A stretch of DNA of 33,573 bases from Candidatus Scalinduaceae bacterium (GTDB taxonomy: Bacteria > Planctomycetota > Brocadiia > Brocadiales > Scalinduaceae), in NCBI GenBank assembly GCA_046759445.1, contig JBHICG010000036.1:1-33573 (forward strand), read 5' to 3'. How positions within the stretch are numbered: position 1 is the stretch's first letter; each line of letters starts with the position of its first letter. The notes below the pieces were generated by a model. The model was not told the origin of the DNA. It made no database searches and worked only from the letters and a program-made list of their open reading frames with translations. Below are positions 19,701 to 28,534 of the stretch, in pieces. Both the position numbers and the translations under genes were made by a program.

Positions 19701-19952
19701 TTATTGACTCCCCAGCTTATGTTTAATATAGTCAGTCAGACGCCTTATCGAACCAATGTTATCAACAACAACTTCACCTGCTTCCACCTCGATTTGATAT
19801 ATTTCTTCCAGATGTGTTATGAGATGCACTATGGCAAGGGAGTCAAGAATGCCTTCCTCGATCAAATCATCGTCAATATTGAACTTTTTAGGATTCTCTC
19901 TTGGAATAAATTGATTGAAAATATAATTCTGTAACTCTTTCTCAATGTGCAC
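19701..19952 (-). CDS. Acyl carrier protein (DltC-like type)
   Basis: LIEEGILDSLAIVHL motif, acidic 83 aa, GGAGG RBS, GTG start overlapping the ligase 3' end. Confidence 0.88.
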   Translation of the reverse strand: MHIEKELQNYIFNQFIPRENPKKFNIDDDLIEEGILDSLAIVHLITHLEEIYQIEVEAGEVVVDNIGSIRRLTDYIKHKLGSQ

Positions 19953-21420
19953 AGGCCACCTCCTTTCTTGTGTTTATCGTTGATTCACGGCGTATTGGTT
20001 TTCCGCTAGCGGTTCTAATAAGTGTGTTGACAAACTGGATATTTTCTGGGATCTTATAGCCAGTCAAGTGTTGTCTACAATAATCCTTCAACTCAATTAC
20101 AGTAGGTGGATTCTTAACGGTTTGCACCAATACCACCCGGGAGTGCGGGATCTCTCCCAATCGTTTATGATGATGTGGAAAGACACAAGCTTCTTTAACG
20201 GCTGGGTGAGACTCCAGCACCACCTCAACTTCTTGCGGAAAGAATTTCATCCCACCGACATTAATTACGTCTTTCGAACGCCCTAAAATATAAAGATATC
20301 CCCTTTCATCCAACCTACCCAGATCACCTGTTGCAAACCATCCGTCCGGCATGATCTCCTCGCGTTTCTGCCATGGATCATAGTAAGCATCGATGAAACC
20401 TTTCCCTCGCAATTTGATCGCCTTTAAGTCATTTCCTAGTCCTACGTCCTCCATACGAATTTCGTAAGCCGGAAGAACTCGTCCAACTGAACTGCGTTTA
20501 CCCTTAGGATTGTCCAGAGAAATGCAGGGCAACCCGACTTCAATGATTCCATAGGCCTCAGTCAAAGGCATTTTAAAGCGGTTATAAAATGTCTCGGCAA
20601 CTTCGGTCCGTAAAGATACCGCCGTCGAAATCGCCAATCGTAGACTAGGCATCATCAGTGAACTGCGATCTTGTGCCATAAATTCATAATGCACCGGCGA
20701 GCCATAAATTATAGTTCCCTCGCTATCAACCGTCGTTTGGATAATAGTAGCGCCAAGATGGTTTTTACACAAAACGATTGTTGCGCCAAAACTGAGATAG
20801 GAAACAATGGACACAGTAAAATGATAGGCCATGGACAAAAGCCAGATGATTCTATCCTTTGGACCTATACATAAACCGTCGTTGGCTGCATGAATTCGGT
20901 CATAAACGGTTTCATGCGAGAGAACTATGCCTTTGGATGTACCCGTAGTACCAGATGTAAAGCGCAAAAAAGCGGGGTTGATGCTAAAAAACTTTGAAGG
21001 ATGTTCCCGAAAACTCTTGACACTAACAACAACGGCATCTTCGAAGATAGGTGTGAGTTTCCCATTTTGAAACGGTTCTATGGCGCTAACAGTTTCCGTT
21101 TTTGAAACAACTGTATTCAAACAAATTTCACGACAGATTCTATGCTTCTCTTCAGGAACCAATTCAACTGGAATCGGTACAACACAGGCGCCACAACGCC
21201 AGATCGCGTAAGTCAAAATTATGTATTCAAGACCACTCGGGAAGTGTAACCCGACACAACTGCCAGGCCCAATCCCTTCGATTTTGAGTCGGTCAGCAAC
21301 GTATTCGATTTTTTCGCGAAGCTGGTAATAGGACTTAAAGTCATCTTTGCCCGGTCCGACAATAGCCAGGTGATTGGGCTGCTTTTCAACCGTTTTACAA
21401 AATGTGTCCATTAAATTCAT
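19942..21420 (-). CDS. Class I adenylate-forming enzyme (acyl-CoA/acyl-ACP ligase)
   Basis: FTSGTTGTSKG, AYGIIE, FATGDLG, GRSKDVINVGG, RTASGK; GGAGG RBS. Confidence 0.9.
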   Translation of the reverse strand: MNLMDTFCKTVEKQPNHLAIVGPGKDDFKSYYQLREKIEYVADRLKIEGIGPGSCVGLHFPSGLEYIILTYAIWRCGACVVPIPVELVPEEKHRICREICLNTVVSKTETVSAIEPFQNGKLTPIFEDAVVVSVKSFREHPSKFFSINPAFLRFTSGTTGTSKGIVLSHETVYDRIHAANDGLCIGPKDRIIWLLSMAYHFTVSIVSYLSFGATIVLCKNHLGATIIQTTVDSEGTIIYGSPVHYEFMAQDRSSLMMPSLRLAISTAVSLRTEVAETFYNRFKMPLTEAYGIIEVGLPCISLDNPKGKRSSVGRVLPAYEIRMEDVGLGNDLKAIKLRGKGFIDAYYDPWQKREEIMPDGWFATGDLGRLDERGYLYILGRSKDVINVGGMKFFPQEVEVVLESHPAVKEACVFPHHHKRLGEIPHSRVVLVQTVKNPPTVIELKDYCRQHLTGYKIPENIQFVNTLIRTASGKPIRRESTINTRKEVACAH

Positions 21421-21436
21421 TTCAATCCTCCTTTCA

Positions 21437-22612
21437 TCAATATTCTACTGCGGCCTCTCCGACAGCTTCGCCCATAGCCAAGCAACAACCTGCTATTCGA
21501 GCCGAGGCCTGCGCCCGGGGTTCTGCTGAAAGGCATTTTCCTGCTGTCCATAAATTTTCCATGTCTCGAACCTTCAAGGCCCTCAACGGGATTTCATAGT
21601 AGTCACCACCAGGTAGATACTCTAATGTCACACCCTTTTTCTGATCCCAATATTCGATTGGCCAACAACAACGACAAGCAGCATCGGGAAATTTTTGTCC
21701 ACATTTAACGTCAACTTCCGTCAAACAATACTCTCCCTTAATCTGGCCACCATCTCTAGACCCCAGTTTACCTGTACGGGATACCTTTGATTTTGAAAAA
21801 CCGGGAAGGCTTACCAAGAATGCTACTAATTCATTCATCGTTCCCTCCACATTTCGGGTAATTTCCGCTAACACTTCCGGCTTACTCCAGTTGACTCTCA
21901 AAGGCACAAAGAGTTTCCCATATACTTCATCATCGTACACACCCATATCAATCCAGGCCATAGCGCATTCACGCGGCAGCATTCCATTCTGAGTCGCTCG
22001 CCGGATATTGCGCAATAACTCGATACTATATGGGAATTTCATCGTGCCAGGTTCCACACCTCTCATTTGAAAGATAAAACCTCCCGCTGCGCGACGATGA
22101 TTGTCAATAACCAACCCAGGATCAATCATACGGACGATTTCTGCGCTTCCGGTGGTATCAATTAACACTTTCGGTTGAAGAGTAATAGTTCTGTGAGGTG
22201 TGGCTACCTTGATCCGACGTACCAAACCATTCTCCACCTCAACACAGGTAATTTTGCTTTTAAAAAAAACCTTGATTTTTGATTCTTCACAAATCCACGC
22301 TTCAATAACCCTTTGATAAACATCAGGGGAAACGCTCAGGACTTGCGTTCTACCGATTTTTCGCATGTGTGAGTGCGGACTTGCATCTAAAAGTCTATTT
22401 GCCAATTCAACAGGAAGGCCTTCATTGATAAATTCTCCAGAAGAATCGTAAAGTCCCCCAAGAGTATGAATCAAACAATGAACTACTGTACCACCCAAGT
22501 GGGCGGTTTTCTCAAATAGAAAAACATCCGCCCCACGGCGAGCTGTAGAAATAGCGGTCGCTATACCGGCTGTGCCAGCACCTATAACAACGACTGCCTT
22601 ACCGTAATCTAT
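21437..22612 (-). CDS. FAD-dependent oxidoreductase (FAD_oxidored-like) with an ATA start or a mutated start codon
   Basis: The frame stays open 38 codons upstream of the listed ORF: IDYGKAVVVIGAGTAGIATAISTARRGADVFLFEKTAHLGG (GxGxxG). Also IDTTG, YEIPLRAL, AGKCLSA, MGEAVG. AAGGAG lies 8 nt before the ATA at 22612. Confidence 0.8.
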   Translation of the reverse strand: MDYGKAVVVIGAGTAGIATAISTARRGADVFLFEKTAHLGGTVVHCLIHTLGGLYDSSGEFINEGLPVELANRLLDASPHSHMRKIGRTQVLSVSPDVYQRVIEAWICEESKIKVFFKSKITCVEVENGLVRRIKVATPHRTITLQPKVLIDTTGSAEIVRMIDPGLVIDNHRRAAGGFIFQMRGVEPGTMKFPYSIELLRNIRRATQNGMLPRECAMAWIDMGVYDDEVYGKLFVPLRVNWSKPEVLAEITRNVEGTMNELVAFLVSLPGFSKSKVSRTGKLGSRDGGQIKGEYCLTEVDVKCGQKFPDAACRCCWPIEYWDQKKGVTLEYLPGGDYYEIPLRALKVRDMENLWTAGKCLSAEPRAQASARIAGCCLAMGEAVGEAAVEY

Positions 22613-23051
22613 TTTTTCTTCTCCTTTCAGTAGCCAATCCTTATTTTCGTGTATATCTATGGATCTTCTATTCCCCTACTACTTGAAGTTTTCTTAATCA
22701 ATTACTAAAGCTATCAAAATAATAATTGATTTATTTCTAATTTTAAAACGTCACTCCCTCCCGAAGTGCAATGATTCTCCTCTTATACAGGTCGAAACTC
22801 TCCCGACTAGTAATTACCATATCGTACAAGAATAACAAAAACATAACTTCAGCTTTCTTCTCAAAGCTAGCACGGTAAACGCCACAATAACTCTTCCATA
22901 CCTGTAATGCAAAAAAACTGATTGAGAAAGTCAGAGTGTGAGGTAAGAGAAAGTATTCTTTCTTCGTTGTGTTCCCCACACTTTGGCGCACTACGATTGG
23001 TTCACATGTTAGTTGCCTCTTCCTTGACTTATCCAGCAACCTTTTTACTTA

Positions 23052-24071
23052 TCAGGAATATGGTAAACAGAGTGCTTTGATCCTTTCTGAGTTGTAGAAA
23101 TTGCGAAAACGCTCGATCAGTTCCAGAAGCTCCGGCTCGATCCGTGCAAGAAACCTTTTCACATGAAGGAGACCGATTTCTCCCTTGCCGACTCGAGTGC
23201 TCCGCAAGATTCCTGCATGCTCTAACTCGGCCCTTCTTCGATAGAGTCTCTGATACCCATCAAATCGATATCCAAGGCGCCTGACTACACGCTCTCGCCT
23301 TCGTGGAAACATAAGGGCATAGTCGTGAAGGAGGGCCCAGTCAGGCTTTGTACTTGATACAGATGGGATGGCTATAAAGTACGGCACCCTGGGTCGCATC
23401 ACCTTGGTTCGCATCGTCCTCCTCCTTCCCATCATATCAATAAAGGAAGCTTCTTTCTCTTCGGGAAGGAAGAGATTCGGAAAATGAACCCTCTCCTGGA
23501 GGTGGTGGAGTAAGCTGTGCACATGGGTCTCAAGCATAATGATAAAACTGTCCTCCCTCTCGGCAAGCTTCCCATAAGGCGTGTTAGACCCGTATGGGGT
23601 GGGTGATTTTTCATGATCTCTGACAAGTTCCTCAGCGTTCCTGCCCCACACCGACACAGGATTTGTGGGGTGAAGACTGCGTAACACTCCAGGCCGCCCT
23701 CGGAACACTTCGCTGACGATGCCACTTCGAGATGGAGAACTTCGGACATCGAAGGGTATCTGCCGGTTGAGATGTTGAGCCATTGATCGAGTCATGGGAA
23801 ACGAAGGCATCATGATACATCCTTCGGTGCCAACGGTTTCAATTAGAGCATCAATCACCGCCTCAGCTCCACCCTCAACATAGCCAAGACGGCTAAGTGA
23901 AGAGTGGACGCAAACGATTGCTCCCCTTTCTAGCCCTATGCTTCTGAAGGAATCGACAAGCATTTCTCGATTCACACGGCAGGACACTTTGTTAAAGTGC
24001 CACAATGTTTTCCGATTAAGATAGCCAACGATACGATGCATTTTTAGGCTGTTAGCAAGCTTTCTAACCAT
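23052..24071 (-). CDS. AAC(3)/YokD-family N-acyltransferase (second, divergent)
   Basis: VHSSLSRLGYVEGGA, GCIMMPSF, GIVSEVFR, RSLHPTNP, LLHHLQE. Confidence 0.8.
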   Translation of the reverse strand: MVRKLANSLKMHRIVGYLNRKTLWHFNKVSCRVNREMLVDSFRSIGLERGAIVCVHSSLSRLGYVEGGAEAVIDALIETVGTEGCIMMPSFPMTRSMAQHLNRQIPFDVRSSPSRSGIVSEVFRGRPGVLRSLHPTNPVSVWGRNAEELVRDHEKSPTPYGSNTPYGKLAEREDSFIIMLETHVHSLLHHLQERVHFPNLFLPEEKEASFIDMMGRRRTMRTKVMRPRVPYFIAIPSVSSTKPDWALLHDYALMFPRRRERVVRRLGYRFDGYQRLYRRRAELEHAGILRSTRVGKGEIGLLHVKRFLARIEPELLELIERFRNFYNSERIKALCLPYS

Positions 24072-24163
24072 TGAAGTCCCTGGATCAGTATTATTATTCG
24101 TCTACCAAATAAGATCTAGATAATACATAACACAGCCAGTTTAGGTAAATAAACCCATTCGAT

Positions 24164-25462
24164 TTAATAGTCGGTTATTGTGATAAACTCGGAGTAATTA
24201 TTCTCATCTTCTCGCACTTTTTTCTCAAGCATGTTTGAGTCTACGAAGAACTTGCAGGCCCAGTTGGGATACTGATAACTGTTATACTTACCTTGCACTG
24301 GAAATGACCCCTTGATCGCACCCCTTGTTTCTGGAGTCCCATTAACATTCATGGTACACCGCACGTACTTGTTTACGGCATAAGCTGCATCACGATATCG
24401 AACCTCACCGGTATCCTGATACAGCATTAGCCAGCAATGGGCAATCTGTACACTGCCCGTTAGACATGCCCACCTAACTGTCCCATGCCAATTCGGTCCT
24501 AGGCGGCCAGGTAGAAAACCACCATCCTGGATCCCCAATAGCAGGCCGTCTGCAGTCTTCCGAGCAGCTTTCAAAAAGGATTCGTCTTTTGTAAATCGAT
24601 ACGCCTCAATAATACCGCGTAAAGCATAACCTAATGTGTGCGTTAATGGTTGGGAGGGGTCATCAAGACAGCATTTCTCAAACCAACCGTTATCACGCTG
24701 ACAACTGAGTGCCCATTGTATATTCGCTATCGCCGCTTCTGCATAAGGTTTATCAGGCTCAATGCGTGCAGCCTCTAATAAGCCCCAGGCGATATGAGTT
24801 TCATAACTTTTTTCACCAGGTTTTGCAAAAGATGTAGAGTGTTTGCGCCAACAACCGTCGGGATCTTGGATTTTTACTAACCAGTCCGCTGCACGGCACA
24901 TTGTCTCACGATAATGCCCGAACTCTCGAACACCAATAGCCAAGCCTAGTAGGATCTGACCTGTGTTGAAGGTAACAGGAACTATGGTAGTAGCGTTGAT
25001 TGTACCGCCTTGAAACCCACCATTCGGGAATTGTATAGAAACCAGCCAATCCAGCATCCTTTTTGCTCGCTTGCGCGCAGTCTCGTCTCCTCGCAACTTC
25101 GCATACGCGAGCATCGTCGGTATGATGTATCCCGTGGTCTCAGGATATGACGGGCTCCAGCCAGTAATTAAACTATAGTGACGTGCCACACCGCCGTCAG
25201 TCGAGGTTGAATTATCTTGTGCACGTTTCAGCCATTCCATACCTTCGCCTATAGCTCGTTCGATGCCAGCGTCTTGAGCAAGCCGATTAAAAGAATCGCG
25301 GAAAATCTCACTAATGGCGGCAGGAGGAATCCTGAATAAACCAACCATCCTCAAAACTAACTTTAATACCCCAATATCTCTTTTTCGCATAAAAGATTTT
25401 ATTGAATTCATCCATGAATTCGCATCTCCAAAAAAGTTAAAAATGACAATTAATTTATGCAC
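24164..25462 (-). CDS. Alpha/alpha-toroid protein (prenyltransferase/squalene-oxidase-repeat-like), function unknown
   Basis: Repeated WL..xQ..DGxW/F motifs (WLVSIQFPNGGF, WLVKIQDPDGCW, CQRDNGWF), SYPETTGY, FNTGQ; start uncertain (25411 or 25390 possible). Confidence 0.65.
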   Translation of the reverse strand: MHKLIVIFNFFGDANSWMNSIKSFMRKRDIGVLKLVLRMVGLFRIPPAAISEIFRDSFNRLAQDAGIERAIGEGMEWLKRAQDNSTSTDGGVARHYSLITGWSPSYPETTGYIIPTMLAYAKLRGDETARKRAKRMLDWLVSIQFPNGGFQGGTINATTIVPVTFNTGQILLGLAIGVREFGHYRETMCRAADWLVKIQDPDGCWRKHSTSFAKPGEKSYETHIAWGLLEAARIEPDKPYAEAAIANIQWALSCQRDNGWFEKCCLDDPSQPLTHTLGYALRGIIEAYRFTKDESFLKAARKTADGLLLGIQDGGFLPGRLGPNWHGTVRWACLTGSVQIAHCWLMLYQDTGEVRYRDAAYAVNKYVRCTMNVNGTPETRGAIKGSFPVQGKYNSYQYPNWACKFFVDSNMLEKKVREDENNYSEFITITDY

Positions 25463-25520
25463 ACATTACTCTACATATTAAGTGATGAGTTGTAGATAAT
25501 GTATAGTGAACTTAACCACA

Positions 25521-25561
25521 CTCACCCTTCCATCTCCCCCATGGGAGAGGGCTAGGGTGAG
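25521..25561. repeat. REP-like GC-rich palindrome
   Basis: CTCACCCT...TCTCCC-CCAT-GGGAGA...AGGGTGAG. Confidence 0.6.
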
Positions 25562-25609
25562 AGGGAACAATGTATCTTATTGATTTATAAGTAATTAAAA
25601 TGGAAATTC

Positions 25610-25878
25610 CTATACAATCAAGTTGATAAAATTGAGAAGACCATAGCTCTTTACACGGCGGCTGAATTCATCCATTAAGCTGTGCAAATAGGTAGTGGCA
25701 CAAAGATAATTCCCAACTTCTTTAACTGACCAATAAATTCCTTTTACAATCATGTACAACTATGTACAACGTCGCAAGGCACAACCCATGCGCATCATCA
25801 AAGCACGCATTTTTCGCCAAGTTTCTCGATAATAAGGAGCTAACGAAACCTGTGCACATGATAAACAACTACCTTCAA
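25610..25878 (-). pseudogene. Degraded 5' fragment of a third AAC(3)-family gene (not in the ORF track)
   Basis: Pieces in different frames (SLAPYYRETWRKMRALM, KEFIGQLKKLG, ATTYLHSLMDEFSRRV..NFINL) align in order with SLLPYCRTAWRKRRTLM, EEFISQLKELG, ATIYLHSSMDALSRRV..QLINL of 18314-19255. Confidence 0.8.
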
Positions 25879-25906
25879 CGTCTCATCTCATTGTTTCATT
25901 CATTTC

Positions 25907-26338
25907 TCACCCATCCATCCCCACCATGTGCTTGGCAATAAATATCACCATCTCTAGCGACTGCTCGTAATTGAGCCTTGGATCGCACAGTGTCTTGTAA
26001 GCTCTTGTGAGGTCTGCTTCGCTCATGCTGCGGGCACCGCCAACGCACTCGGTTACGTTGTCACAGGTCAATTCAAAGTGCACACCGCCGAGATAGGACC
26101 CTGCCAACTGATGGATCTTAAATGCCTGTTCGAGCTCGGAGAGAATATGATTAAAGTTTCGTGTCTTGATGCTGTTCAGTGTCTTTTGGTTGTTGCCATG
26201 CATTGGGCCACAAATCCACAAGACTACTTTGCCGGCCTGTTGAACCGCCTCAATCAAGGGTGACAAGCACTTCTCTATCTGATGGCCACCGAACCTGTAA
26301 ATCAACGTTACATTACCAGGTTCATTATACTGAAACAC
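25907..26338 (-). pseudogene. C-terminal fragment of a class II DAHP synthase
   Basis: EPGNVTLIYRFG, WICGPMHGN (canonical CDPMHGN), KTR.F, GGVHFELT..NVTEC.GG, CDPRLNYEQSLE; the N-terminal majority of the enzyme is absent. Confidence 0.88.
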
Positions 26339-26515
26339 AAATAGTCAAAAAACAAGTGGTGCCATTAACAACATGGTAACTTTTGTGGGAAAGTCTTGAA
26401 AAATCAGGAATTATCATTAATATGAGATTTGGAATTTCTATTTTTAACCCTTTATCAAAAGTCGGAAAAAAGCCATCATTAAATCAAAAAAAAAGAACCA
26501 ACAAAGAAATTCTAC

Positions 26516-27460
26516 CTACTCTAAAGATTCACCAGTGCTTACGAGACGTTGTAGCAACCATTTCGGAAGCCAGCTACCAACCCACATTTTCAACCATCTC
26601 TTATCGCGTGTATATGGGAATTTGTTGTTTAGATACTTTCTTGCTTCGGCACTCTTCCCAGTTAATATTAGCGAAGCGATGTATGAATATAATGAGCTAA
26701 GACTTATGGATGATAAATAATTTGAATATTCTGGGTAATCTTTAAACAAGTTATAATAGCTTTCACCCTTTTGTCTCATACCTTCAATCCGATTGGATGA
26801 TATTTTAAATGCACTATCAGGAACATCTATAATGTGATATAAAGGTTGGGGGTATATAACAGCCTTAGGGCTCATTAGTGCACATCTAACAACTAGCTCT
26901 ATATTTTCGAAACACAGCATGTTTTCGTTAAATCCCCTGAGACGATCTAATAGAATTTTCTTAATACACAACCCTTCAATAGGCAAACCCTGCAATTGTA
27001 TTTCATTAATAGCATTAACAAGCACTAAAGGCTGAGCTTTGATCTCGTTACCGTTGGTATCTTTAACATATTTTGATTGTATTTGGTTGTCTTTATCATA
27101 CTCACAAACTGATATCATCCAGTCTGCATTTTTCTTCTTCCACAAGAGATCCATTTCTATTTCCAGTTTTTTTGGATAATAATAATTGTCAGCATCAATA
27201 AAAGTCACAAAATCCCCTGAGCCCATCTTGATACCTCTATTGCGAGCTGCACCTGGTCCCTTATTTTTCTGGTGGAATAATCTAATTTTTGAATCATTCT
27301 GTGGAATTTCATCGGATGAACCATCGGTAGAACCGTCATCCACTATGATTAACTCCCAATCAGTAAATGTCTGCTGCCTAATACTCTCTATCGCACGCTT
27401 TACGTAGGGACGCTTATTGTAAAGTGGCATTATTACACTGACAAGAGGTCCATTTGTCAT
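26516..27460 (-). CDS. Glycosyltransferase family 2
   Basis: VSVIMPLYN, IVDDGSTDG, ARNRG, FIDAD. Confidence 0.9.
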   Translation of the reverse strand: MTNGPLVSVIMPLYNKRPYVKRAIESIRQQTFTDWELIIVDDGSTDGSSDEIPQNDSKIRLFHQKNKGPGAARNRGIKMGSGDFVTFIDADNYYYPKKLEIEMDLLWKKKNADWMISVCEYDKDNQIQSKYVKDTNGNEIKAQPLVLVNAINEIQLQGLPIEGLCIKKILLDRLRGFNENMLCFENIELVVRCALMSPKAVIYPQPLYHIIDVPDSAFKISSNRIEGMRQKGESYYNLFKDYPEYSNYLSSISLSSLYSYIASLILTGKSAEARKYLNNKFPYTRDKRWLKMWVGSWLPKWLLQRLVSTGESLE

Positions 27461-27461
27461 T

Positions 27462-28424
27462 TTATGGCTTCTCCCTTATTGTAGGAAAACCCTTTACTAA
27501 CCTGCGAATGGGAAGCCTGAGCAAAGTGTACCACTTGTACGCAATTCTTCCTTTTATGTTCAATAGCGATAAACCCTTATCTATATAATTTCCTGAATTT
27601 CGATCGTGAACTGTTGTGGTATTACTTTGAATAAATGCAATTCCTTTGAGTGTGTTTAATATCCGCACCTGCAATCTTTTTCGGAGATCTCTTTGTTCAG
27701 TATTTATAGACTTTAGATGTTTCTCAAATAATAAGAATCTGTTATATATAAGAAAAGCATTCTTACCCATCATTTGACTATGCCCCTTACGGTAGTAAGA
27801 TACAATTTTTGGCACATAAACAATTTGACCCAATTGTCCTAATCTTGCAAAAAAATCGGTATCTTCAACGGCATTGAAGAAACGGGTGTCAAACCAACCA
27901 ATACGTTCACCATCAATTCTTCGGAAGAGAGTTGTATGTGGTGTGGGTGTTATTTCAGGCCACAGCACTGCTCTGTATCCATCCTTTATCAACACCGGTT
28001 CTTCACCATCTACATGGATGTTAAACCTGGTGCGTTGGCCGGTTAAATTCCCACCCATATCAATAGCTTCCCAATCCCCAACTGCCAGCACTGCAGATGG
28101 ATAATGCTTAAGTTCTCTGTATAACTGAATGATTCGGTCTGGCGGCATTAAATCATCATCGTCCTGAAAGGCGATATATTCTCCCTTTGCCAAGCGGCAG
28201 GCCGCCGTGCGTGCGGATGACACTCCCTGGTTTTCCTGCCGATAATAACGAATTCTTTCTCCATAACTTTGCATTAATTTCGGAGTATCATCTGTTGAAC
28301 CATCATCGAGTACTACAATTTCTACGGGTTTGTACTGTTGTGAAAAGATAGATTCCATGGTTTGCTCTAGCAAGTGTCTTCGATTATAACAGCAGACTAT
28401 TATTGAAACGAGAGGATTATCCAT
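27462..28424 (-). CDS. Glycosyltransferase family 2
   Basis: VSIIVCCYN, LDDGSTD, QENQG, FQDDDD, EDTDF. Confidence 0.9.
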   Translation of the reverse strand: MDNPLVSIIVCCYNRRHLLEQTMESIFSQQYKPVEIVVLDDGSTDDTPKLMQSYGERIRYYRQENQGVSSARTAACRLAKGEYIAFQDDDDLMPPDRIIQLYRELKHYPSAVLAVGDWEAIDMGGNLTGQRTRFNIHVDGEEPVLIKDGYRAVLWPEITPTPHTTLFRRIDGERIGWFDTRFFNAVEDTDFFARLGQLGQIVYVPKIVSYYRKGHSQMMGKNAFLIYNRFLLFEKHLKSINTEQRDLRKRLQVRILNTLKGIAFIQSNTTTVHDRNSGNYIDKGLSLLNIKGRIAYKWYTLLRLPIRRLVKGFPTIREKP

Positions 28425-28534
28425 AATTCTCGACCAGTTTTTCTAAGCAAAACTGAATTGCTAACTGAAAAATATAAATGCCTTAACCATTAACGCTGAT
28501 TTCCGTGATTTACAAACAATTTTTGATTTCAAGA

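Noticed and set aside
22743..23039. 98-aa minus-strand ORF between the AAC(3) and oxidoreductase genes
   Set aside because: TTG start, no clear RBS and no motif. It may be a decayed remnant, but I could not identify it.
24164..25462. Squalene-hopene cyclase
   Set aside because: Too short and lacks the DxDD catalytic motif.
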